From an uncultured virus (IMG/VR IMGVR_UViG_3300000928_001655) (Duplodnaviria > Heunggongvirae > Uroviricota > Caudoviricetes), in the IMG/VR virus record IMGVR_UViG_3300000928_001655: 64,000 nt of DNA. The stretch is one strand, 5' to 3'. The first letter of the stretch is position 1, and every line of letters begins with the position of its first letter. Under the pieces are notes generated by a model. That model ran no database searches and had not been told where the DNA came from. It was given only the letters and a program-made list of their open reading frames with translations. A program made the translations under genes and the position numbers. Positions 47,206 to 56,552 of the stretch are shown here, piece after piece.

Positions 47206-47402
47206 ATTACTTCCTCTGTTACGATCATGCGTTTTCCAAGATTGGACATCACGCAGTTCTCAGTGTATGTTTTCACCGCTCCATCTGTGTACAACACAGA
47301 GATCAGTGTCTCGTCATCCGCATCTGTAGAGATCGATGTGATCTCACCTGTCGCAGTGTAATCACGATACTGACGCAAAAATCCCATACCAACTTCGAAC
47401 AT
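47199..47402 (-). CDS. hypothetical early protein
   Basis: Start MFEVGMGF directly after a promoter cassette. Confidence 0.6.
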   Translation of the reverse strand: MFEVGMGFLRQYRDYTATGEITSISTDADDETLISVLYTDGAVKTYTENCVMSNLGKRMIVTEEVIW

Positions 47403-47462
47403 GTCTGATTCCTTTTCTTTCTGACTACACCTTAATATCGCATATCTGACACCAAATGTCAA
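47403..47462 (-). promoter_or_regulatory. early promoter cassette
   Basis: CTTGACA-17-GATATT...AGAAAGAAAAGGAATCAGAC-ATG. Confidence 0.7.
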
Positions 47463-47465
47463 GCT

Positions 47466-47894
47466 TTATTTGTTATTATTTTGAATTTTCTTTTTGTTTG
47501 TTTTCAATGACATAAACTTTTTCTTCAAACTTTTTTCAAAATCTCTTGCTTCGACTTCGTACCAAAGATCCATATACTCATCATAAGTCGAATGGTCAGA
47601 CTGATTCGTTATGTCTAGTTTCTTACGTGCATATTGCATCACGTGAACCATCTCATGACAGATCGTTTCGACCATTTGAGATAGAGAGAGGTTTGCGTTT
47701 ACTTCAAGTTCGAACTCACGAGTATCGATTGCGCAACAGTAACCGTACTGATGTGCATCCAGTTTGTTATTCAAGATCACATCAATCTCTAACGTGCGCA
47801 TACGAGGCATCAGTTCATCAATACAGAACCTAACAACCTGTTCTGCAATCGAACGTTTTACTTTCGTTGAACCTTCTGCGTAAACATAATTCAT
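47466..47894 (-). CDS. HExxH metallopeptidase-like protein
   Basis: ICHEMVHVMQY...WYEVEA. Confidence 0.7.
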   Translation of the reverse strand: MNYVYAEGSTKVKRSIAEQVVRFCIDELMPRMRTLEIDVILNNKLDAHQYGYCCAIDTREFELEVNANLSLSQMVETICHEMVHVMQYARKKLDITNQSDHSTYDEYMDLWYEVEARDFEKSLKKKFMSLKTNKKKIQNNNK

Positions 47895-48535
47895 TATTGT
47901 GCATTCCTCATTTTAGTCATACGTTCTTTAGCTTCGACCCATTTCTCGAAAGACAAAGGTTTACGTTGTTCACCACACGCAAGTTTCTTTTCTTTGAACT
48001 TCGACTTCAAGATCTTTGCCGCATCAGTTCCTATGAAACGTGAAACCAGTTTCAATAGATCACGACGAAACTGACGACCATGATGCCAATTGCCTAAACA
48101 GTGTGTCATCTCGTGGATCAGAGTGTATTCGTCAAGACCAACGATCAGGTCAAGAGTAATCGTGTTACCACGTGCCCAACCTGCAGTGTGACGACCAGTG
48201 TTACGTTGTTTCGAATTTACTGAAACAGGCATTATGTTACGACCTTTTTCTTCACGCAACTTTGCCCACAATGCAGACTTAGTGATCTGGTCACAACGTT
48301 TCTGCGCTTGACGGATAGTGTCAAACTCTTTTACTTCATATGCACGTTGGAACGCCCACTCGCATTTGTAGGTTTTAGTCTTTTCGGAATCTTTACCGTA
48401 ACTACCTTTGTTCTGAGACATTTTCTGTTTTGACAGATAGTCCACATAACCTTGGATAGTTGGGATTGGATATCCCGCTTCACGCCACTGGGCGATATCT
48501 TTTGACATTGATGTTGGGTACGCAAGTCCTACCAT
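47894..48535 (-). CDS. HExxH (SprT-like) protein
   Basis: LIHEMTH...HHGRQF. Confidence 0.65.
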   Translation of the reverse strand: MVGLAYPTSMSKDIAQWREAGYPIPTIQGYVDYLSKQKMSQNKGSYGKDSEKTKTYKCEWAFQRAYEVKEFDTIRQAQKRCDQITKSALWAKLREEKGRNIMPVSVNSKQRNTGRHTAGWARGNTITLDLIVGLDEYTLIHEMTHCLGNWHHGRQFRRDLLKLVSRFIGTDAAKILKSKFKEKKLACGEQRKPLSFEKWVEAKERMTKMRNAQ

Positions 48536-48595
48536 AGTGATTCTCTTTCTCTTAACTTATACTTTAATATACCACTAAAATGACCTAAATGTCAA
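48536..48595 (-). promoter_or_regulatory. early promoter cassette
   Basis: CTTGACA-18-TATATT...AAGTTAAGAGAAAGAGAATCACT-ATG. Confidence 0.7.
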
Positions 48596-48709
48596 GCCTC
48601 AGAGGGAAAAAAGAATCTAAGGAAAACAGTCACTTATAAAATAATTTTAAAACACCTAAATAATACGATCCATGCGACGACATGGAATTAATTAAATTTG
48701 GAGTTTATT

Positions 48710-49651
48710 ATGTTAAAAACTGGTACAACATTAGCGCTGATTCTATCAGCAAGTGTAGCTTACGCAGGTGGACACGAAGCACACGAAGAAAAGAATGGTC
48801 CTTTTATGAACGGAACATTCGAAGTCTACATCGATGATACAAACACTGAAGGTACAGTAGATACCAGATTAGAAGTAATGGGTGGTTACGAGACAGATCT
48901 CGAAACACCGATTCTCAACTGGGCAGGTTTTGGTGCAAGGTTCGATACGAACTATGCGTTAAATCGAAGTCTCGACAATACTATCACGGAAAAACAGGCA
49001 GGAATTGGTATCGGCGGTGCACGTCTATACTTTGGTGAGACAGATGCGCAGAGACTTGGGTTCGCAAAGACCTCGAAGATTGGTGCACCAGTAATCATCA
49101 CAAAACCAAGTTCACGTATCGATCATAACGAAAAGATCGTACTTGCGTTTGGTGGATGGGATCACAACGACGAATTCGAATTCAATTCATATCGTCTGAA
49201 ACGTGAAATGCCATTTGGTGGTGTTATCGGTTGGAACCCAGAAGATGATTCATTGTACTATGGTTCAACAGTACGTGTTGCGATTGTTGATGCATCAGTA
49301 ATGCAGATCAAGAAAGATGATGAGACACAGACAGGTGCGTCAATCGGTGCATCATTCCACAGACTAGGATTGCCTGTTGGAGTTGGTTACGAACAATGGA
49401 CAGACGACGAGAACACTCGTAGAGATGTTGGTATCATGTATAATCATTCCAAGAAATTGATGTTGACTGCACACAGAGTTATGGATGATGATCTAGGATT
49501 TACATACAACTATCTAGCTGCGATCCACACAGAAGGTCCAATTGAACTTGGGTTGTATCTACACCAAGGTAAGACACAGGACAATCCATGGACTGGTCAG
49601 ACTGTAAGTTCAGATGACTCAATAAAAGCGACATTTAAATACAAATTCTAA
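48710..49651 (+). CDS. outer-membrane beta-barrel (porin-like) protein
   Basis: Signal peptide ending AYA, alternating beta-strand pattern, C-terminal ATFKYKF. Confidence 0.75.
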   Translation: MLKTGTTLALILSASVAYAGGHEAHEEKNGPFMNGTFEVYIDDTNTEGTVDTRLEVMGGYETDLETPILNWAGFGARFDTNYALNRSLDNTITEKQAGIGIGGARLYFGETDAQRLGFAKTSKIGAPVIITKPSSRIDHNEKIVLAFGGWDHNDEFEFNSYRLKREMPFGGVIGWNPEDDSLYYGSTVRVAIVDASVMQIKKDDETQTGASIGASFHRLGLPVGVGYEQWTDDENTRRDVGIMYNHSKKLMLTAHRVMDDDLGFTYNYLAAIHTEGPIELGLYLHQGKTQDNPWTGQTVSSDDSIKATFKYKF

Positions 49652-49779
49652 CATGTTTGTTGCTCAATTACCACACCCTATAATTCATTTCGTAGAAGTC
49701 TTTACTTTGGGTTTACTAAACCTAACTAGTATGGTATAACTCGTACATTGATTTGTACAACAATAAAGGAAGATACAAA

Positions 49780-50550
49780 ATGAACAAATTTTTAGCAGTC
49801 GTAGTAGCGACAATGGTAGCAACAAGTGCCAGCGCAGACGACATGGTTTCTGGTGCAGTTAACTTAGATTTCGCAGAGAATGCGGCAGGTGACTGGGCAG
49901 GAGCAATGGGTGTGGAATTGGATGTCAATTCAGCCGCAGGTGATGTTGCATTGGGTTTCGTTACTGAAGACGGTAGCGCACTCGATCTAGACACATGGAC
50001 AGTTGGTACAACTGTTGCAGGTGTTGGCGTTGCAATTGGTGACGACAACGGTGTATTCGTCGACGCAGAAGGTAACCATACTTTGGCTGCTCCTGCAATG
50101 ACAGAATCAGTTGCAGTAAGTTTCGGTGGTGCGGCATTCGCAGTAGGTTTCACAGACTGGACATCAGACATCACAGACATCAGCAACGTACAAGGTGCAT
50201 ACACTTTGGGCGTAGGTACAATGGGTCTAGATGTAACTGCATCAGCAGACTATAACTTGGACAGTGAAAACACTGTACTGGGTGCAGGTATCGGTGGTGT
50301 AGATCTAGGTCTTGTTGCAGTAGGTGGTGCAATGACATATGATGTAGACGCATCAAACTTTGCAGGTGAGTTGGTTGTAGAAACTAACGGTATCACTGCA
50401 TATGTTAACGGTGACCAAGATGAGATTGCACAAAACTTTGGTGCAGAATACACTTACACATTGGGTGGTGCAGAAATCACTGGTGGTGGTAACTACGATG
50501 TAACTGCAGAAGAGTTCAAACCAAAAGTAGGTTTGTCGTTCAACTTCTAA
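49780..50550 (+). CDS. outer-membrane porin-like protein
   Basis: Signal peptide ending ASA, G/A/D-rich beta strands, C-terminal VGLSFNF; RBS and terminator. Confidence 0.8.
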   Translation: MNKFLAVVVATMVATSASADDMVSGAVNLDFAENAAGDWAGAMGVELDVNSAAGDVALGFVTEDGSALDLDTWTVGTTVAGVGVAIGDDNGVFVDAEGNHTLAAPAMTESVAVSFGGAAFAVGFTDWTSDITDISNVQGAYTLGVGTMGLDVTASADYNLDSENTVLGAGIGGVDLGLVAVGGAMTYDVDASNFAGELVVETNGITAYVNGDQDEIAQNFGAEYTYTLGGAEITGGGNYDVTAEEFKPKVGLSFNF

Positions 50551-50574
50551 GTAAAACGATAAATAGTAATATCG

Positions 50575-50600
50575 AAGGGGACATTCGTGTCCCCTTTTTT
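50575..50600 (+). terminator. intrinsic terminator
   Basis: AAGGGGACA-TTCG-TGTCCCCTT followed by a T-run. Confidence 0.85.
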
Positions 50601-50607
50601 ATTGGAG

Positions 50608-51318
50608 ATGAAAGTGAAAAAATATCTAGATTATAATATGAGAACAGATGGTCTTGGATTACTAGACGTAAATCAGATGTTCTATGAACTTTTCCAAAGA
50701 AAAGACTATGAGTGGTGGGGTGAAGTAAAACAAGATGACGTGGTTGTAGACCTCGGTGCTTGTGTTGGGTTCTTTACATGTCACGCAATTGATCAAGGCG
50801 CAAAGAAGATATATTCTGTAGAAGCCAATAGAGATCATCTTCGGACACTGTGTTACAATGTATCCGATCATTGGATCGATCACGAAACATCACCAGTCGT
50901 TCCTATACATGCCGCAATAGGTAAAGACGATAGATATTCGCTCAATTATTTTGGGGAGAATGTCCAGGCACCTCGTATGAGTTTCAAAGAACTAATAGAC
51001 AAGTATCAGATCCCTTGGATTGACTATTTAAAAATAGACATAGAAGGTGCGGAGTTTGATATATTCCAACCAGAGAACTTACAATACCTAAAACATCACG
51101 TGGGACATATTGCCTGCGAGTTTCATCTGGATGCATTTAGAGAATCACCCTACGAGTGGATACACTTTAGAGACAACATGTGTCAAGAATTCGATTTATC
51201 TAAAATCCATTTCTTGAGACACGAAGATCATAACCTTGCTCATGATGATGAAAAGATATTATCAGAGTGGCCATTGGGATGGGGTGGTTCGTTTATGTTG
51301 TATATTACCAATTCGTAA
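50608..51318 (+). CDS. FkbM family methyltransferase
   Basis: VVVDLGACVG, YLKIDIEGAE. Confidence 0.88.
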   Translation: MKVKKYLDYNMRTDGLGLLDVNQMFYELFQRKDYEWWGEVKQDDVVVDLGACVGFFTCHAIDQGAKKIYSVEANRDHLRTLCYNVSDHWIDHETSPVVPIHAAIGKDDRYSLNYFGENVQAPRMSFKELIDKYQIPWIDYLKIDIEGAEFDIFQPENLQYLKHHVGHIACEFHLDAFRESPYEWIHFRDNMCQEFDLSKIHFLRHEDHNLAHDDEKILSEWPLGWGGSFMLYITNS

Positions 51319-52015
51319 TGTAGACCATAAACTCTGCAGGAACTTTAGTAAAGTCTCTCTGCATAATAGACCAGTCTTCATTTACAGCGTCTGCAACATA
51401 TTTACTTTGATAACGAACTTTTCCCTGTAATGCAAAGTGTTGAAGAAAACTATCTCTCCACTGAATAAACTTTGTAGGACCATCGTCTTGTGCACGTAAG
51501 TGTACTTCAATCGCCATGTGACGAACATTGTTCTCAAAGAAGTCAATCATCTGAGGCTTTAGAATATTATATTCTGCCCCTTCACAATCTACTTTCAAAA
51601 AATCAATATTCTTTACATCATGTTTCTCTAAGAACTCTGAGAAAGTGAATGTAGGGTATTCCTCATGTTCACCAAACACGTGTAATGTGTCAGAAAGATC
51701 ATCAGACATTGCACCATGGATTGGAACAAATCTAGTAGGATCATCGATGATATGATCAGAAACATTTCTAATCGCAGTCTTTACTAGATTACGATTGGGT
51801 TCGATCATATAAACCTTTTCTGCACCTTTGTCTAATGCCAATGCAGAAAAGAAACCAACACACCCACCAATATCCACAACAACATCGTCTGGCAGTACTT
51901 CGTACCACCAGTTATATTCGCATGTGTTAAAGAATTCTTGGTATAGGTGCGCTGCTTGAGATAGATCAATACCTTCTGTACTGACCTTATAAGCATCTAA
52001 TGTTTTATGATTCAT
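51305..52015 (-). CDS. FkbM family methyltransferase (paralog, convergent)
   Basis: VVVDIGGCVG, FLKVDCEGAE. Confidence 0.88.
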   Translation of the reverse strand: MNHKTLDAYKVSTEGIDLSQAAHLYQEFFNTCEYNWWYEVLPDDVVVDIGGCVGFFSALALDKGAEKVYMIEPNRNLVKTAIRNVSDHIIDDPTRFVPIHGAMSDDLSDTLHVFGEHEEYPTFTFSEFLEKHDVKNIDFLKVDCEGAEYNILKPQMIDFFENNVRHMAIEVHLRAQDDGPTKFIQWRDSFLQHFALQGKVRYQSKYVADAVNEDWSIMQRDFTKVPAEFMVYITNW

Positions 52016-52218
52016 GGTTTGTCGAAGTACTTTTCGAGCATTGCAAGTACATCGTCGTACTTTGCGATTTCCATTAGTTCGGCTTCCATCGCTTCTACGA
52101 TGTCTGGGTGTTCACCGATACCTGTTGTTGAGTGCAAATAGACCTCAACGTTAGCACGGTGTTTCTCAACATGACCTTCTGCATGTTTCTTCAGGGCATT
52201 AAGTAAAATATCACGCAT
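52012..52218 (-). CDS. conserved T4-like small protein
   Basis: ANVEVYL...GIGEHPDIVEA; GGAG RBS before MRDILL. Confidence 0.7.
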   Translation of the reverse strand: MRDILLNALKKHAEGHVEKHRANVEVYLHSTTGIGEHPDIVEAMEAELMEIAKYDDVLAMLEKYFDKP

Positions 52219-52229
52219 TGTGTACTCCA

Positions 52230-52237
52230 TATAAATA
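52230..52237 (+). promoter_or_regulatory. T4 late promoter TATAAATA
   Basis: Exact consensus upstream of ATG 52271. Confidence 0.75.
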
Positions 52238-52270
52238 GTTGTAGTATTAAAATTGAAAAGGTAATCTTCA

Positions 52271-52756
52271 ATGATCACTAACTATTTATCTCCATCGTCA
52301 TTCATCATTTCTATCGAAAGACTTCCTAACGTGGAATTTTTCACGCAGAAAGTTAATATTCCTGATGTCTCTGGAAGTCCACAACAGTTGAACACACCAC
52401 TTGGTTTGATCTACGACTCACCAAGCCAGTTGCAGTATTCTGATTTGGACGTAACTTTCATTGTTGATGAAGACATGAAAAACTATCTAGAAATTTTAAA
52501 CTGGTTAGAAGGGATGGGATCACCCAACTCTACAGATCAATACAAAAAATTGAAGGCATCAGACGAGGGTGTTCAATCAGATATTACTATCGTGATCAAT
52601 AACAATCACAAGAACCCAAACAAACAATTCATATTCAAAGATTGTTTCCCTGTTGCACTCTCATCTATCAATTTGGATATTACATCAACAGATACAATCT
52701 ATTCAGAATGTAATGCAACTTTTAGATATACAAACTTTACTGTTGCCAACGCTTAA
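52271..52756 (+). CDS. 3: tail completion/tube terminator protein (T4 gp3-like)
   Basis: NYLSP, FFTQKVNIP, FIVDEDMKNY.EI.NW, FPVALS; upstream of uvsY/uvsW. Confidence 0.8.
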   Translation: MITNYLSPSSFIISIERLPNVEFFTQKVNIPDVSGSPQQLNTPLGLIYDSPSQLQYSDLDVTFIVDEDMKNYLEILNWLEGMGSPNSTDQYKKLKASDEGVQSDITIVINNNHKNPNKQFIFKDCFPVALSSINLDITSTDTIYSECNATFRYTNFTVANA

Positions 52757-52771
52757 AAAGTATGGTATAAT
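52743..52771 (+). promoter_or_regulatory. sigma70-type promoter
   Basis: TTGCCA-17 nt-TATAAT with TG extension. Confidence 0.6.
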
Positions 52772-52799
52772 ATGATGAAATTATTTGGGATGATGATAA

Positions 52800-53402
52800 A
52801 TGGCGAAAATAGAAGCGCTCAATCCTTTCCTACTGACATTCTACAAAGTGTCGATAGAAAATTGGAGTGTAAAGAAAAAACAACTTATGGATCTCATAGA
52901 CTGGGATGATAAGGAGTGTTGGACAGATGAATGTTTTACTGACTACTATAAGAACATTCGCAAAAATGACAAACGTGCACCTTACACGGATCAGTTCATA
53001 GATATCCTCAAACCAGAGCTAAATGGGTTTGTACATAAGGTTCAACATACACCAATCAATAGATACAACTTTGACTTAGGTATGAAGATCAATAACCTTT
53101 GGGCACAAAGATATTCTACACAACATTTCATGCCACCTCACACTCACGAACCAAGTGGGTTCTCTGCAGTTCTATATGCGGAGTTTGATCAGAGGGAACA
53201 CCAGGCGACAAAGTTCTGGGCACCATTCAAGAATACTGTTGATGCAATGGATTACAGATATGATCCACAGGTAAGTGAAGGAGATATTCTTTTCTTCCCC
53301 AGTTTTTTGATACATTATGCGGAACCAAACAAATCTAAAAAACAGAGAACGATCTTTTCGTTCAATAGTATTTTAAGACCAACAGGGGCGATTGACATAT
53401 GA
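52800..53402 (+). CDS. 2OG-Fe(II) oxygenase, phage type
   Basis: PHTH..SAVLY, EGDILFFPSFLIH, RTIFSFN. Confidence 0.8.
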   Translation: MAKIEALNPFLLTFYKVSIENWSVKKKQLMDLIDWDDKECWTDECFTDYYKNIRKNDKRAPYTDQFIDILKPELNGFVHKVQHTPINRYNFDLGMKINNLWAQRYSTQHFMPPHTHEPSGFSAVLYAEFDQREHQATKFWAPFKNTVDAMDYRYDPQVSEGDILFFPSFLIHYAEPNKSKKQRTIFSFNSILRPTGAIDI

Positions 53403-53611
53403 GTAAAATCCAAGCAAAAATAAAGATTATCATGGACGAGATACAGGAACTTATGGAAAGTCATCCAAGAGCGCATCTCAAAGAAGGTTCTAACATTCAC
53501 GCACTCATGGCATCGGCAGGTTTATACTTTCAACATATGGACGACGAGAATAAAGATTACTACCAGTTCGTATCGATGGCGATTGAAGAAGAAGCGGAGT
53601 GGAACGTATGA
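53399..53611 (+). CDS. hypothetical protein
   Basis: 70 aa, ATGA overlaps. Confidence 0.65.
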   Translation: MSKIQAKIKIIMDEIQELMESHPRAHLKEGSNIHALMASAGLYFQHMDDENKDYYQFVSMAIEEEAEWNV

Positions 53612-53760
53612 AGAGAATTCCCATGAAGGGTGGAGATGAACACGATGGTTTATCAAAAAAATCCCGTAATCTGTTTGTGTGGCCAAGAGGTTATCTGAAA
53701 AAGATTAAACGTAGTTATAATAAACGCTTTCGTAAAGCAGGAAAGAAAATAGATGAGTGA
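53608..53760 (+). CDS. small basic hypothetical protein (50 aa)
   Basis: Hand-translated MKRIPMKGGDEHDGL...KKIKRSYNKRFRK. Confidence 0.6.
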   Translation: MKRIPMKGGDEHDGLSKKSRNLFVWPRGYLKKIKRSYNKRFRKAGKKIDE

Positions 53761-54187
53761 TGATATTAATGAGATGTGGGCAAAAGACGCTCCCATCGAT
53801 GAGACTAACCTCATAGGTGAAAGTAAACGTATTCCCTCATTGCACAGTAAATACTATTCAAAGTATTATGAAGAAGCTTTACGTGTCAAGAAACTACGTG
53901 CAGATCTTGCGCAGATGAAACGTGACAAGATGGAATACTACGGTGGTTCCATGGCAGAGGAAGACCTCAAAGAACGAGGTTGGAAACCTTTCCAGTTAAA
54001 AGTACTTCGGAACGATTTAGATAAATATATCATAAGCGATAAAGATATTATCAAACTGAGTCTGAAGATAGATTACCACTCAATTCGTGCGAACTATCTG
54101 GAAGACATCATCAAGTCAATCCATTCTCGTAACTTCGTTATCAAATCTATGATCGATGTTATGAAGTTCCAATCAGGTGATTATTAA
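53753..54187 (+). CDS. uvsY: recombination mediator UvsY
   Basis: IPSLHSKY, EYYGG, SRNFVIK; upstream of uvsW. Confidence 0.88.
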   Translation: MSDDINEMWAKDAPIDETNLIGESKRIPSLHSKYYSKYYEEALRVKKLRADLAQMKRDKMEYYGGSMAEEDLKERGWKPFQLKVLRNDLDKYIISDKDIIKLSLKIDYHSIRANYLEDIIKSIHSRNFVIKSMIDVMKFQSGDY

Positions 54188-54189
54188 TT

Positions 54190-54408
54190 ATGTCAGAGTC
54201 TATCCCACCTATTCTCCCAACACAAATTGTAAGTAACTATACTCGTACCGCATACGTGGGCGATGACTTAGTTACAACTCACGTCGAACACCAAGTGGTG
54301 AACGGCGCAATACGTGTTGCAGAAGTGGGATATACTCTCTATAATGGTATGGGACAATTGGTTGACTCTCCAAAACCGCAAGGTACAAACGTGAGTATTG
54401 ATGTATGA
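54190..54408 (+). CDS. hypothetical protein
   Basis: 72 aa between uvsY and uvsW. Confidence 0.6.
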   Translation: MSESIPPILPTQIVSNYTRTAYVGDDLVTTHVEHQVVNGAIRVAEVGYTLYNGMGQLVDSPKPQGTNVSIDV

Positions 54409-55895
54409 CTGATATAGTAACAGTTGAATTCATCGATCATGTTCACATGCGTGTGACAGCAGATCCATCAGTGCGTCAAGAGATCAGTGACTTCTTTTCT
54501 TTTAGACCAGAGGGATGGCAGTACAATCCAAAGGTGAAGGCAAAGATGTGGGATGGGATCATTCGGATCTATTCTCCTATGCGTCCTAAACTATATGTTG
54601 GATTACTTTCAAAGCTTGCAGAGTTCTGTAAAGTACGTGAATACATTCTTAATATAGAGACTGATGAATATGTTTCAGATATATGTGAAGAAGATTATCC
54701 AGAACAACTCGCAGAAGAAATCAATTGTAAATACAAACCACGTGATTATCAGTCTGAATATGTTCGTAATGCAATTATCAATAGTAGATCACTCAGTGTA
54801 TCTCCGACATCATCTGGTAAATCTCTGATCATCTATCTACTCCAACAACATTACAATCTTGCGTTTGGACATAGGACACTTATCATCGTACCGACGATTG
54901 GTCTTGTACATCAGATGGCAGGAGATTTTGAAGACTACGGATGTAAACAAGAGATCTATAGAATTCAAGGTGGAGTGGATAAACATTCGGATGCACCTAT
55001 TGTTGTATCTACATGGCAGTCATTGGTGAAGATGCCCAAGGCATGGTTCGATCAGTTCAATGTAGTACTAGGTGACGAAGCACATTTGTTCCAAGCGAAG
55101 TCTCTCACAACTATTATGGAAAAGTTAAACGACTGTAAGTTTAGACATGGGTTCACAGGAACTCTCAAGTCATCTGAGTCGAAAACACATAGAATGGTTC
55201 TGGAAGGTTGTTTCGGTCAAGTCAAACGTGCAGTTACCACAAAGAACTTAATTGATGCAGGTACAGTTGCAGACTTTAATGTCAAAGCAATTGTATTGAC
55301 GTACGATGCACAAACAAAGAAATCATTTAGAGATGCATTCAGAAAGATTGATGCCCCTCAGAAAAAGTATCCTGCAGAACGAGAGTTCTTGACGAACCAT
55401 GAGAAGAGAAATATGTTTATTCGTAATCTCGTCTGGTCACTGGAAGGACAGAACAATCTGATCCTCTTTGATCTGGTTGAGAAACACGGAAAGATCCTAG
55501 AGCCTTTGCTTCGCAAAGAAGATAGACAATTACATTTCATTTACGGTGGAACGAAAGGGGATGAACGTGAAGAGATCCGTCATCTCGTTGAGAACGATCC
55601 TATCAAACAACATAACATCCTCGCATCCTATGGTGTCTTCTCGACAGGTGTGAACTTGAAGAAACTCGACAACGTGATCTTCGCCTCTGGTTCTAAGTCT
55701 GAGATTAAGGTATTGCAGTCAATCGGACGTACATTGCGTAAAGGTAATGATGCAGATACTGCGACACTCTATGACATCTCTGATGATCTGACGAGTGGAT
55801 CATTCACGAACTACACGATCCAACATTTCAGGAAACGTATTGAGATCTACTCTGATCAACAGTTTCCATTTAAGATTTACAACATTGATATCTAG
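54405..55895 (+). CDS. uvsW: SF2 RNA-DNA/DNA helicase UvsW
   Basis: PRDYQ, SPTSSGKS, GDEAH, GFTGT, QSIGRTLR. Confidence 0.95.
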   Translation: MTDIVTVEFIDHVHMRVTADPSVRQEISDFFSFRPEGWQYNPKVKAKMWDGIIRIYSPMRPKLYVGLLSKLAEFCKVREYILNIETDEYVSDICEEDYPEQLAEEINCKYKPRDYQSEYVRNAIINSRSLSVSPTSSGKSLIIYLLQQHYNLAFGHRTLIIVPTIGLVHQMAGDFEDYGCKQEIYRIQGGVDKHSDAPIVVSTWQSLVKMPKAWFDQFNVVLGDEAHLFQAKSLTTIMEKLNDCKFRHGFTGTLKSSESKTHRMVLEGCFGQVKRAVTTKNLIDAGTVADFNVKAIVLTYDAQTKKSFRDAFRKIDAPQKKYPAEREFLTNHEKRNMFIRNLVWSLEGQNNLILFDLVEKHGKILEPLLRKEDRQLHFIYGGTKGDEREEIRHLVENDPIKQHNILASYGVFSTGVNLKKLDNVIFASGSKSEIKVLQSIGRTLRKGNDADTATLYDISDDLTSGSFTNYTIQHFRKRIEIYSDQQFPFKIYNIDI

Positions 55896-55930
55896 CAGCT
55901 ATAGAATCATTATTTAAAAGCGATAAATCG

Positions 55931-55959
55931 ATTATAACAAACATCCAAACAGGAGTCAA
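55931..55959 (-). promoter_or_regulatory. sigma70-type promoter pointing antisense into uvsW
   Basis: TTGACT-17 nt-TATAAT with TG extension. Confidence 0.6.
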
Positions 55960-55984
55960 GCTTTATTTTTAATTAATTTACCGC

Positions 55985-56013
55985 TTGACATCTGATTCAA
56001 CATAGAGTATAAT
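55985..56013 (+). promoter_or_regulatory. sigma70-type promoter of gp55
   Basis: TTGACA-17 nt-TATAAT. Confidence 0.8.
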
Positions 56014-56047
56014 GTACAGGACTTGATACCACAGAAGGAGGGGTCAT

Positions 56048-56551
56048 ATGGCAAAAAGAGCCAAGAAGAATTATGTAAACAATAAAGACCTACTCGAATC
56101 ACTCATCCAATACAAGGAAGCGTGTAGAGAGGCAGAAGATGCTGGCGAGGATTTACCACGAGTACCAAACTATATCGGTGAGTGTATTTTTAAGATTGCG
56201 AATCGTCTTGCGACGAAACCGAACTTCTCTGGGTATTCTTACAAAGACGATATGATTTCAGATGGAATTGAGAACTGTCTACAATACATTCACAATTTTG
56301 ATCCAGAGAAATCCAAGAACCCATTTGCTTATTTCACGCAAATTATATGGTACGCATTCCTACGCAGGATTCAAAAAGAAAAGAAACAACTATACATCAG
56401 ATTTAAATCTTCGCAGAAGATGATCTCAGACATGCAGGTTGTTGACGGTGCAGAAGGATTGGTATCCATGGCAGAACCGCCAGAATATATCAATGACTTC
56501 ATCAGTGACTTTGAAGAAAAACTTACTAAGAAAAAGAACGAGGGAAAGTAA
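56048..56551 (+). CDS. 55: late transcription sigma factor (T4 gp55)
   Basis: YVNNK, PNFSGY, MISDGIENC, NPFAYFTQI..AF.RRI.KEK. Confidence 0.95.
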   Translation: MAKRAKKNYVNNKDLLESLIQYKEACREAEDAGEDLPRVPNYIGECIFKIANRLATKPNFSGYSYKDDMISDGIENCLQYIHNFDPEKSKNPFAYFTQIIWYAFLRRIQKEKKQLYIRFKSSQKMISDMQVVDGAEGLVSMAEPPEYINDFISDFEEKLTKKKNEGK

Positions 56552-56552
56552 G

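Noticed and set aside
50558..50565. GATAAATA late-promoter variant after the porin gene
   Set aside because: It is followed immediately by a strong terminator, so a function is doubtful.
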